A stretch of DNA of 64,000 nucleotides from Clostridia bacterium (GTDB lineage: Bacteria; Bacillota; Clostridia; Saccharofermentanales; UBA5734): assembly GCA_040772685.1 (NCBI GenBank), contig JAXGXQ010000001.1, forward strand, positions 639,324 through 703,323. Reading direction: 5' to 3'. The notes beneath the pieces are model-generated. The model was given only the letters and a program-made list of their open reading frames with translations. It was not told the DNA's origin and made no database searches. The position numbers and the translations under genes were made by a program. Position 1 is the stretch's first letter. Every line of letters begins with the position of its first letter. Shown in pieces: positions 44,799-53,300 of the stretch.

Positions 44799-46472
44799 TT
44801 ATGATAAACCGGTTATAACGCCATTTTCGGTAATATCGATGCGCTCGGCTGAGGGTACCTTTGGCAAGCCGGGCATAATCATAATATCACCCGTCAGGCA
44901 GACAATAAAGCCGGCACCAGCCGAAGGCCGAACTTCGCGGATTGTAATCTCAAAACCTTCCGGCCGGCCCAGTAGGGCAGGGTTATCGGAGAAGGAATAC
45001 TGGGTTTTGGCCATGCAGATCGGCAGCTTGTCGAGGCCGATAATTTCCAGACGTTCAATTTCCTTTTCCGCTTTGGGCGTGTAAATTACAGAACCAGCAC
45101 CGTAGATTTCGGTAGCTATGGCGGCAATTTTGTCTTTAACACTGGCGTTTACATCATACAGTTGCTTAAAATCATTGGGTTTTTCAGCGGCTGCGACAAC
45201 CTTGTTAGCCAGGTCAATACCGCCTTCCCCGCCTTTTTCCCAGACCTCACAAATTGAAACCGGCACGCCAAGAGCTGCGCATTTATCCTGCACCAGCTGC
45301 AGCTCAGCTTCAGTATCGCTGTGAAAACGGTTGACAGCCACAACGACCGGCAAACCAAACTTATTAATGTTTTCCAAGTGTTTTTCCAGGTTAACAAAGC
45401 CTTTGGCCAAAGCAGCAGTATCTTCTGTTTGCAATTCATTTTTAGCAAGTCCGCCATGCATTTTGAGAGCCCTTACAGTCGCTACTAATACAACGGCTGA
45501 CGGCTTAAGCCCGGCAGTGCGGCATTTGATGTCAATGAATTTTTCCGCGCCCAGATCAGCGCCAAAACCTGCTTCGGTTACCAGATAATCACACAGCTTA
45601 AGGCCCAGTCGTGTTGCCATTACACTGTTGCAGCCATGAGCAATGTTGGCGAAGGGGCCGCCATGTATGAAGGCAGGCGTATTTTCCAGCGTTTGCACCA
45701 GATTCGGTTTAATCGCGTCTTTAAGCAAAAGCGTCATTGCGCCCTGCATTTTAAGCTCGGCTACGGTAACCGGCTGGTTATTGAAGTTGTAGCCAATTAT
45801 TATACGCCCAAGCCGTGCCTTGAGATCGCTGAGGCCGCTGGCCAGACATAGGATCGCCATGATTTCGGAGGCAACTGTGATCATAAAGCCGTCTTCACGT
45901 GTGAAGCCGTTTGCTTTACCGCCCAGGCCGACGACAATCTGACGCAGCGCGCGGTCATTCATATCCAGCACTCGTTTCCAGACAATCTGGCGCGGATCGA
46001 TTTGAAGAGCGTTGCCAAAGTTAATATGGTTATCGATCGCTGCTGCCAGCAAGTTATTGGCAGTTGTAATCGCATGAAAATCGCCGGTGAAATGCAGGTT
46101 GATATCTTCCATCGGTACAACCTGTGCATAGCCGCCGCCAGCCGCTCCGCCCTTCATGCCAAAAACCGGACCAAGAGAAGGTTCGCGCAGAGCAACTGCA
46201 GCACTGCGGCCGATTTTTTCCAGAGCCTGGCCAAGCCCGATTGTGGTTGTCGATTTCCCTTCACCTGCCGGTGTCGGGGTAATCGCGGAAACCAGTATCA
46301 GCTTACCGTCGGGCTGTGCTTTGAGGCGGTCGAAAATTCCCAAGTCAATTTTTGCTTTAACGCGGCCGTACGGTTCTACTTCTGAATCCATAACACCCAA
46401 ACGCGCGGCAATTTCTGTAATCGGCAATAAATCAGCAGCCTGGGCAATTTCGATATCCGTCTTGAAAGCCAT
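44799..46472 (-). CDS. fhs: Formate--tetrahydrofolate ligase
   Basis: 557 aa, [42 protein letters not shown]. Confidence 0.95.
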   Translation of the reverse strand: MAFKTDIEIAQAADLLPITEIAARLGVMDSEVEPYGRVKAKIDLGIFDRLKAQPDGKLILVSAITPTPAGEGKSTTTIGLGQALEKIGRSAAVALREPSLGPVFGMKGGAAGGGYAQVVPMEDINLHFTGDFHAITTANNLLAAAIDNHINFGNALQIDPRQIVWKRVLDMNDRALRQIVVGLGGKANGFTREDGFMITVASEIMAILCLASGLSDLKARLGRIIIGYNFNNQPVTVAELKMQGAMTLLLKDAIKPNLVQTLENTPAFIHGGPFANIAHGCNSVMATRLGLKLCDYLVTEAGFGADLGAEKFIDIKCRTAGLKPSAVVLVATVRALKMHGGLAKNELQTEDTAALAKGFVNLEKHLENINKFGLPVVVAVNRFHSDTEAELQLVQDKCAALGVPVSICEVWEKGGEGGIDLANKVVAAAEKPNDFKQLYDVNASVKDKIAAIATEIYGAGSVIYTPKAEKEIERLEIIGLDKLPICMAKTQYSFSDNPALLGRPEGFEITIREVRPSAGAGFIVCLTGDIMIMPGLPKVPSAERIDITENGVITGLS

Positions 46473-46525
46473 ATGTTTCTCCTTTTTTGCACAAAAATGG
46501 AAAGTCAGATAAAGGAACAGGTATT

Positions 46526-46554
46526 ATTATACCGAACCAAGGGGTAGTTTGGGA
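46526..46554 (-). promoter_or_regulatory. Possible internal promoter ahead of fhs
   Basis: On the minus strand: TATAAT (46526-46531) with a weak TTCCCA/TCCCAA 17-18 nt upstream, in the 92-nt etfA-fhs gap. Confidence 0.25.
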
Positions 46555-46564
46555 ATTTGCCAGC

Positions 46565-47581
46565 TTATAACCGGGGAATTTCGTTAATCAACTCGGGAAT
46601 TATCTCGAACAGGTCACCGACTATAGCAATATCTGCCAACTGCATCATTGGTGTATCCGTTTGCTTGTCGATCGCGATTATCAGGTCACAAGCCTGCATA
46701 CCGACTAAATGCTGGATCTGCCCGGAAATACCGCAGGCTACGTAAACCTTGGTTTGCACGGTTTGGCCTGTTTGGCCGATCTGATGCGTATAAGGAATCC
46801 AGCCGGCATCAACAGCAGCGCGGCTGGCTCCAACAGCGCCGCCGACACGGTCGGCTAAACGCTGCAGAAGTTTGAAACCTTCTGGCCCGCCCACACCCCG
46901 GCCTCCGGAAATTATGATTCGGGCATCAGCGAGGTTAATTGCGGAATCACTGCTGTGTACTGTCTCCAGTATGTGTTTACGCAGAATAAAGTCGAGCGGC
47001 TGCAGTTTTTCGATCAGCAGGCGGCCGCTGCGGGAAGTGTCTGGTTCCGGCGCCTTCATAACCCTTGGTCTGACTGTGGCCAGTTGCGGACGGTGGTTGG
47101 TGCAGCGGATTGTCGCCAGGATATTACCGCCGAAAGCCGGTCTGGTTTGCAATAGATCGCCATTATCACGATCAATATCGAGTTGCGTACAGTCTGCGGT
47201 CAAGCCGCATTCGGCTAAAACCGCAACCCGCGGAATCAGCGCGCGGCCGCGAGTGGTGGCACCGGTAATGATTATCTCCGGCTTATATTTATCAATCAGC
47301 CTAACCAGCACGTTGGCTTCGATCTCGTCCTGAAAATCTGCCAGGGCAGCATCAACAACGCTGATTACGGTATCCGCGCCGGCGGCGTACAGCGAATCAG
47401 GCTGCACACCGGTTTCCGGTCCCATCAGCAAAACCCAAACCTCTGAACCGCGGATATCGGCGAGCCGACGGGCAGCGCCGATCAGTTCATAGGTTACAGG
47501 CTGAATTTTAGCCGCTGTAAGCTCGGCGGTTACCCAGACATTTTTGTAAAGTGACTTGTCAGTTTCGTTAATAATCAGCAT
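46565..47581 (-). CDS. etfA: Electron transfer flavoprotein alpha subunit
   Basis: 338 aa, C-terminal FAD motif VACGISGQIQHLVGM, GAGTGAGGTGA RBS. No N-terminal ferredoxin domain. Confidence 0.9.
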   Translation of the reverse strand: MLIINETDKSLYKNVWVTAELTAAKIQPVTYELIGAARRLADIRGSEVWVLLMGPETGVQPDSLYAAGADTVISVVDAALADFQDEIEANVLVRLIDKYKPEIIITGATTRGRALIPRVAVLAECGLTADCTQLDIDRDNGDLLQTRPAFGGNILATIRCTNHRPQLATVRPRVMKAPEPDTSRSGRLLIEKLQPLDFILRKHILETVHSSDSAINLADARIIISGGRGVGGPEGFKLLQRLADRVGGAVGASRAAVDAGWIPYTHQIGQTGQTVQTKVYVACGISGQIQHLVGMQACDLIIAIDKQTDTPMMQLADIAIVGDLFEIIPELINEIPRL

Positions 47582-47593
47582 CTTTCACCTCAC

Positions 47594-48382
47594 TCAAAGC
47601 ACACTGCGCAAACGCAGTTCCCGCACCAGTTTACGGGCTGTTTCCTGTGCAGTTCCGGTCAAGACAAGCGTCGCGCTGTCACGCTGTGGCGGCGGCTGCG
47701 TTTTGACCACCCGGGTCGGCGAACCATGTAAACCGATCTTCCCTGCATCAGCGCCGATATCCGCCGGCTGCCAGATCGGAATATCTGATTTTTCAGCTTT
47801 CAGCCGGCCGCGCAAAGTAGGCACGCGAGGGACGTTGATTCCTTTGAGTACAGTCAGAACCGCCGGGAATTCCAAAGCACAGACATCGTGGCCATCTTCA
47901 TGCATACGCTTTACAGTTACGGAGTCTTCAGCAGCGTCTTCCAGAGCCATGACACAGGTTGCCTGCTGCCAGCCAAGGTGGGCGGCAATACCGGGCCCCA
48001 CCTGCGCGGTGTCACCGTCAATAGCCTGCTTGCCGCAGATAACCAGATCAACCTCGCCAATTCTGCTGATGGCTTTAGACAATACATAGCTCGTCGCCCA
48101 GGTGTCGGAGCCGCCAAAAGCTCGGTCACTGAGCAGAACAGCACGGTCCACTCCTACGGAAATCGCTTCCTTCAGCGCCTGCAGCGCTTTTTCCGGGCCC
48201 ATGGATATCGCGATAACTTCGCCGCCTAACTTCTCCCGCAGTCGAACGGCGGTTTCCAGGGCATAAATGTCAAAAGGATTCAAAATGGCATTAACGCCTT
48301 CCCGCACAATCCGCTTGGTTTCCGGGTCGATCTTGGCATCGTTCGACGCCGGCACTTGCTTAATGCAAACAACTGTTTTCAT
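47594..48382 (-). CDS. etfB: Electron transfer flavoprotein beta subunit (group-2/bifurcating-like motif)
   Basis: Start moved to ATG 48382 (GAGGAG upstream). VVCIKQVP and DLVICGKQAIDGDTAQVGP. Lies 12 nt before etfA. Confidence 0.9.
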   Translation of the reverse strand: MKTVVCIKQVPASNDAKIDPETKRIVREGVNAILNPFDIYALETAVRLREKLGGEVIAISMGPEKALQALKEAISVGVDRAVLLSDRAFGGSDTWATSYVLSKAISRIGEVDLVICGKQAIDGDTAQVGPGIAAHLGWQQATCVMALEDAAEDSVTVKRMHEDGHDVCALEFPAVLTVLKGINVPRVPTLRGRLKAEKSDIPIWQPADIGADAGKIGLHGSPTRVVKTQPPPQRDSATLVLTGTAQETARKLVRELRLRSVL

Positions 48383-48392
48383 TGCGCTCTCC

Positions 48393-49190
48393 TCAGCCCC
48401 ATGTACCTTCAACTAAGTGATACTGGGTTTTAAAACCGAGTATCGAAAGGTAAATCCCTGCCTGAGGGTAAATCCGTTGAAGCTGTCTTAAAGTAGCAAG
48501 CGGATCGAAGGCAGTATTTTCCGGAATCGGGTAGCCAACCGCGTCCGACAGCAGGTGCAGCTTTTTGCTCATCCAGGCCTCAATAATTACCGGCAGATCC
48601 GGGTAACGAACCAATAGACGGTCAACTACTGCGTTCTGTTCAATCAAGGGTTGGGTGATAATAAACTCCGCACCGGCGGCCAGCTTGTTTTCCAGCTTCC
48701 TGAACTCATGTTCCTCCGGCTCATAGGGATTGAAGGCGGCGCCGATGTGGAATACACCGGGGTACTGCTCTTTGACGTAACGGATCAACTCAACCGAAGT
48801 CACAGTTTCACTGCCAATAGCGCCTATATCAGCCGGCTGCAAGCGGGGCAGCCTGTCGGAACCGTCACCGGAAATAATCAACAATTCAAAAATACTGTTT
48901 TGCTGACAGAAGTCCAGAATCTCGTGCAGGTTTTCTTTGGTATGAAAGGTATTGAGATGAATCATTACCTGACCGGGCCGGCACTTAAGCCCAAGTTCGG
49001 CGATCATTTCATGCCCTTGAAAAGCCAGGTTGCCCATGGCGTTATCGGTCAGGCAGGCAACATAGCCACTGGCCATAACCCGTTCAAATTTGCTGGCAAA
49101 GAGTTCAAGATCCGCCAGCAGTTTTTCGGTATCCTGTTTCGTTGGCAAAATTTCGACATGATAGATTTTGTTTTTGATTTCCTGGTGCAT
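48393..49190 (-). CDS. Divergent methylenetetrahydrofolate reductase (MetF)-like protein
   Basis: Start moved to ATG 49190. The ordered landmarks VEILPTK, IHLNTF, LLIISGDG, AAFNPYEPEEHE, KLAAGAEFIITQP and LPVIIEAW parallel MetF motifs FEFFPP, HLTC, LALRGD, AAYPExHPE, KVDAGAxxAITQ and IPGI. Confidence 0.6.
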   Translation of the reverse strand: MHQEIKNKIYHVEILPTKQDTEKLLADLELFASKFERVMASGYVACLTDNAMGNLAFQGHEMIAELGLKCRPGQVMIHLNTFHTKENLHEILDFCQQNSIFELLIISGDGSDRLPRLQPADIGAIGSETVTSVELIRYVKEQYPGVFHIGAAFNPYEPEEHEFRKLENKLAAGAEFIITQPLIEQNAVVDRLLVRYPDLPVIIEAWMSKKLHLLSDAVGYPIPENTAFDPLATLRQLQRIYPQAGIYLSILGFKTQYHLVEGTWG

Positions 49191-49286
49191 ATACCACTTC
49201 CGCCTTTCCCCGGGCATACTTCAATAAAGCCCCGGCTTGCCTGGGTTAACAAGCAGCGTTGCCCTCAGCTGTTATTTATATAAAAA

Positions 49287-50087
49287 TCAGAGTTCGAGTT
49301 CGCCTGCGCGGAATCTGGTGAGATAATTCATGCAAAAATCATCTGTCCCCAGCAACGCCTCGGTGGCGTAAAGGAACGTCATCAGCTTTTTATCGAGCGG
49401 ATCAAGTATGGCTCCATCCATGCCGACGGTCATCGCCGCCACCAGGAACGCCTGGTTCATTACTTTTCGGGCCGGGATACCAAAGGAAATATTGCTCAGG
49501 CCGCAGGCAATGTGCGCCTCCGGATATTCCTCCTTAACCCGACGGATTGTCTCGAGCGCGACAACACCATAATGCGAGCCGGTGCCAATCGGCCGGATCA
49601 TCGGATCGATGAAAATATCGTCCAGAGCGACACCGGATTTGGTTAATATCGCGATCAGAGTATCAGCGATCTTAACCCGTTGATCCGCAGTTTCCGGCAT
49701 ACCGGTATCATCCATACAAAGAGCGATTACAGCGGCCTTATGTTCAGTTATCAAGGGCAAAACAGCGTCAAACCTTGCTTTCTCCCCTGTAATCGAATTA
49801 ATGATCGGCTTGCCGTTACGGTTTGTTTCCAGGCCAACCCGCAAAGCTGCAGGGTTAGGTGAATCTATAGCAAAGGGCACAGCCAGTTCGGCCTGGATTG
49901 TTTCAATCAGCCATTTAAGTATTTCCGGCTCCTGCTCCAGAAACATGCCGGCATTAACGTCAAGAAAGCAGGCTCCGGCTTCTGCCTGGCGCCTGGCCAA
50001 ATCCAGAATGGCAGCTTCGTCACGCGCCTCCATGGCTGGACGAACCGCTTTCAAGGTGCTGTTTAATTTCTCACCAATAATGATCAT
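49287..50087 (-). CDS. Pterin-binding methyltetrahydrofolate:corrinoid methyltransferase (AcsE/MeTr family)
   Basis: 266 aa. IIIGEKLNS, FLDVNAG, IINSITGE, IDPMI and CGLSNISFG align by eye with the Moorella MeTr pattern. Confidence 0.8.
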   Translation of the reverse strand: MIIIGEKLNSTLKAVRPAMEARDEAAILDLARRQAEAGACFLDVNAGMFLEQEPEILKWLIETIQAELAVPFAIDSPNPAALRVGLETNRNGKPIINSITGEKARFDAVLPLITEHKAAVIALCMDDTGMPETADQRVKIADTLIAILTKSGVALDDIFIDPMIRPIGTGSHYGVVALETIRRVKEEYPEAHIACGLSNISFGIPARKVMNQAFLVAAMTVGMDGAILDPLDKKLMTFLYATEALLGTDDFCMNYLTRFRAGELEL

Positions 50088-50403
50088 TTATGCTCCTCCT
50101 TGAAGACGCGTTGTGCCGCCTTCAATCTAGACTTCAGAAAACAGGAAGTTTCTGAATTGGATTTGCTTTTATCTTAATTGTTAAGTGCTATTCAAGCAAC
50201 AAAACCACGCATTTTGCACAAAAGAATACCAGAATTTAAAATTTATTCGCATATCAGCGTTGGCAAAAAATTTTGCAGTTGTAAATGCAGAATCAGCAAG
50301 CTGCTAATAAACTCAAAAAATTATTAAGTTTTATCATATTTGTGCCACAATTGCTTGTTACACTGCTTTACAAGAATCCTTCCTTCCACACAATCATCAA
50401 CAG

Positions 50404-50433
50404 AAAAGGCGCCCCCGCACAGGCGCCTTTTTT
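50404..50433. terminator. Bidirectional intrinsic terminator after the 79-aa gene
   Basis: AAAAGGCGCC-cccgcaca-GGCGCCTTTTTT. Confidence 0.75.
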
Positions 50434-50501
50434 GTCGTTCAATTTCTGGGGATATCGGCTTGCAATTAAGTTCTGCGCGGCTGTCGTTTTTCGCTTCGGC
50501 C

Positions 50502-50741
50502 TCACCCGTCAGTATCGACAAGCCCCGGCTTCAGCTTGGCTGCTTCTTCATTTGTCAATACATCAACAAAGGAAGTGCGCATCAGGTTTTCCGCGTCGCA
50601 ATCCTGGGCATAAAACCAATCACGCACAGCTTTTTCTGTTTCTTCATCGGTTGCTAATGGAGCGTATGGATAGACGGCGATCACTTTCATTGTGACCCAG
50701 TCGCGGATACCTGCTTTCTTGTCTGAATCAAATTTTCTCAT
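50502..50741 (-). CDS. Small (79 aa) hypothetical protein
   Basis: Strong RBS AAAAGGAGGG 6 nt upstream of the ATG, followed by its own terminator. No motif recognised. Confidence 0.6.
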   Translation of the reverse strand: MRKFDSDKKAGIRDWVTMKVIAVYPYAPLATDEETEKAVRDWFYAQDCDAENLMRTSFVDVLTNEEAAKLKPGLVDTDG

Positions 50742-50780
50742 TAGTGCCCTCCTTTTGGTTCAGTCAACCTGATAATTTTA

Positions 50781-50792
50781 ATTTTGCAAAAT
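50781..50792. promoter_or_regulatory. Perfect 12-bp palindrome ATTTTGCAAAAT upstream of the 79-aa gene
   Basis: Read directly. Lies 40-50 nt upstream of the start at 50741, next to a TATATT -10 candidate on the minus strand. Confidence 0.25.
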
Positions 50793-50893
50793 ATAACAAA
50801 TATTTCCAGTGTTTAAAAAAACCGGAGTTGTTTTGGTATATTGTACTCTCCCCGCTGTAATGAAAATATCACGCTTGTGACAGTTTGTACCGC

Positions 50894-50909
50894 AAAAATT
50901 GCAATTTTT
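50894..50909. promoter_or_regulatory. Perfect 16-bp palindrome AAAAATTGCAATTTTT in the Ldh_2 gene leader
   Basis: Read directly, about 100 nt upstream of ATG 51006. Confidence 0.25.
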
Positions 50910-51005
50910 CAGTCGCATGCAATGGGAAAATCGTGTAAACTTGAGAGAAAGCCCGCAGATATTTGCAGGCTTGTTAAGTATAGTATAACTATCGGAGGAA
51001 AAAGC

Positions 51006-52073
51006 ATGTCAGAAATTATTGTTCAACCAGAAGCCGGCCGCCAGTTTTGCACTGAGGCGTTTATGGCGCTGAACGTACCCCAAAAAGACGCTGAGCTCGT
51101 TGCTGATAACCTTGTGGAAGCTGAATTACGCGGACTTAGCTCGCACGGGCTTTCCCGCACAATATTTTATGTCAACAAGCTGGCAGGCGGCGGTTTCAAA
51201 CCCAATCCCGACATCAAAAAAGTCCAGGAGCGCACCTCCTCTGTTTTGTTCGATGCGGACAACTCCCTGGGCGCGGTTGCCGGTAAGCGGGCAATGCAGG
51301 CGTGTATTGAAAAGGCCAAACAGACAGGCATAGCTTGTGCCGCTGTCAATAACAGCAACCACTTTGGGATTGCTGCCTACTACACCATGATGGCGCTGGA
51401 ACATGACATGATCGGCATCTCGATGTGCAACAGCGTTGCCAAAATGAGCCTGTTTGGCGGTATTGACCCTGTTATCGGCACCAATCCGATCAGCATTGCC
51501 GTACCGGCTGGCAATCATTGGCCTTTGGTATTTGATGCTGCCACCAGTCATGTTGCCTTGGGTAAAATCATGGTTGCCGATATTGAAAATAAACAGATTC
51601 CGGAAAACTGGGCGATGGACAGCGAAGGTCACCTGACAACAGATCCCAAAGCAGCCTTGAAGGGGGCTTTACTGCCTTTCGGCGGCTACAAAGGTTCCGG
51701 CCTGGCGATCATGGTAGACGTCTTCACCGCTGTACTCAGTGGCGCTGAATTTGGCATGCATACGCAAGAACTGCGTTCCGACCCGGAAATCGGCCAGGGC
51801 GTCGGCTTCTGGTTCGGCGCGATCGACATCGCAGCTTTCCAGGATCCGGCACATTTCAAAGCCCGGATGGATCAGATGATCGACGAATTCAAAGCAACCC
51901 GCAAGGCGCCGGACACGTCTGAAATCCTGATGCCGGGTGAACCTGAATTCGCGATTAAAGAAGGTCTGCTAAAAACCGGTTTCCGTATTGGCCCCGGTGT
52001 GCTCAGCAACCTGGTATCGATCCGTGACCGTTATAACCTGAAAACAAACCCGGAAGATTGGGTGCGAAACTAA
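51006..52073 (+). CDS. Ldh_2 family (malate/L-lactate/ureidoglycolate-type) NAD(P)-dependent oxidoreductase
   Basis: Start moved to ATG 51006 (GGAGGA upstream). AELRGLSSHGLSR, NNSNHFGIAAYY, GTNPISIAVP, LGKIMVA, PFGGYKGSGLA. Confidence 0.85.
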   Translation: MSEIIVQPEAGRQFCTEAFMALNVPQKDAELVADNLVEAELRGLSSHGLSRTIFYVNKLAGGGFKPNPDIKKVQERTSSVLFDADNSLGAVAGKRAMQACIEKAKQTGIACAAVNNSNHFGIAAYYTMMALEHDMIGISMCNSVAKMSLFGGIDPVIGTNPISIAVPAGNHWPLVFDAATSHVALGKIMVADIENKQIPENWAMDSEGHLTTDPKAALKGALLPFGGYKGSGLAIMVDVFTAVLSGAEFGMHTQELRSDPEIGQGVGFWFGAIDIAAFQDPAHFKARMDQMIDEFKATRKAPDTSEILMPGEPEFAIKEGLLKTGFRIGPGVLSNLVSIRDRYNLKTNPEDWVRN

Positions 52074-52114
52074 AATAAACCCTCTATCACATAAATTGAA
52101 ATTATCAGATAAAC

Positions 52115-52148
52115 ACCGGTCCAGCATCAACTGGGCCGGTATTCTTTT
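52115..52148 (+). terminator. Intrinsic terminator after the Ldh_2 gene
   Basis: ACCGGTCCAG-catcaa-CTGGGCCGGT followed by ATTCTTTT. Confidence 0.65.
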
Positions 52149-52160
52149 ACGGTAACCGGG

Positions 52161-53087
52161 CTAGCAAGGCTTGGACTTTATGCCTGCCAGATCTTTAATC
52201 ACTTCTCCGGCAATTATCAGGCCTGCCACAGAAGGCACAAAAGAAACACTGCCCGGAACCGAGCGTCGTTTGTTTCCAGTGCGAGCGGTATCAATATACT
52301 CTTGTGCCGGTGGTTGCGACTGTGGCATTTTGGTTTCGCAATGAACGCAAGGTTCTTCGCAGGAATAAACTACTTTCAGAGCCTTCACCTGGCGCTTACG
52401 CAACTCACGGCGCATTACCCTGGCCAGCGGGCACATGGTGGTTGCGTAGATATCCGCGACCTCCAGCCGTGTTGGGTCCAGCTTGTTGCCAGCGCCCATG
52501 CAGCTGATCACCCTGATGCCAGCCTTCTGCGCGTTGGTTATCAGATCGATTTTCGCCGAAACGGTGTCGATCGCGTCCACCAGATAATCAATCCTGCCGC
52601 CAGCGGATTCGTGAAAAGCTAAGACGTCTGCCCAGGTAATCTGGCGGCCGGGACCATCCGGCTGTGATACATCTGCACCGGCATCTGCAGCTGCAGCTGC
52701 ATCTGCATCTGCCGCCGGCCTCGGACACTCCGCCTCTGTCGCTTCAATATCTGTTTCAGTGGTTTTGCCCGGCAGCGGCGGTGCCTGGTAAAAGCGCTGC
52801 CAAACAGTGACTTCAGCCTTTGGATTAATCGAGAGGATCCGTTCTTTCATCACTTCAACCTTAGAGCGTCCAATTGTTTCACGGGTGGCGTGCAGCTGGC
52901 GGTTAAGGTTCGTCAGGCAAACCAGGTCATCGTCAACCAGCAAAAACTTGCCAACGCCGGAACGGACCAACCCTTCTACGGTAAAGCTGCCAACCCCGCC
53001 GACGCCGAAAACGGCAACGCGGCTCTGGCTTAATTTCGCTAACGCTTCACTGCCGAGCAGCAGCTCTGTTCTGGAAAATGCATGCAT
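52161..53087 (-). CDS. tcdA: tRNA threonylcarbamoyladenosine dehydratase (TcdA/CsdL, ThiF/HesA E1-like) with about 45-aa low-complexity insertion
   Basis: FSRTELLLG, VAVFGVGGVGSF, LVDDDLVCLTNLNRQ, SCMGAGNKLDP. The insert is rich in Ala/Asp/Pro. Confidence 0.85.
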   Translation of the reverse strand: MHAFSRTELLLGSEALAKLSQSRVAVFGVGGVGSFTVEGLVRSGVGKFLLVDDDLVCLTNLNRQLHATRETIGRSKVEVMKERILSINPKAEVTVWQRFYQAPPLPGKTTETDIEATEAECPRPAADADAAAAADAGADVSQPDGPGRQITWADVLAFHESAGGRIDYLVDAIDTVSAKIDLITNAQKAGIRVISCMGAGNKLDPTRLEVADIYATTMCPLARVMRRELRKRQVKALKVVYSCEEPCVHCETKMPQSQPPAQEYIDTARTGNKRRSVPGSVSFVPSVAGLIIAGEVIKDLAGIKSKPC

Positions 53088-53300
53088 ATATTTATCCTTT
53101 GGCTATAATTTTTGGTTATTGCGGCATCGACATCCCGATTTGGGGAAAATGGTGCCCGGCAGCTATTGATAATTGAAATTCGTATTACGGTTAAAACGTT
53201 AAATATATTAACCGATCGGCTCATTGCTGGCAAACTCGGGGAAATGTCGTAAAATAGATATGTTGCTTTCATTGAAAATGCACCAGAGGAGAAATTGACA

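Noticed and set aside
50285-50695. 136-aa and 105-aa plus-strand ORFs in the MeTr upstream region
   Set aside because: They run across a bidirectional terminator and the antisense of the RBS-supported 79-aa gene, and their composition is implausible.
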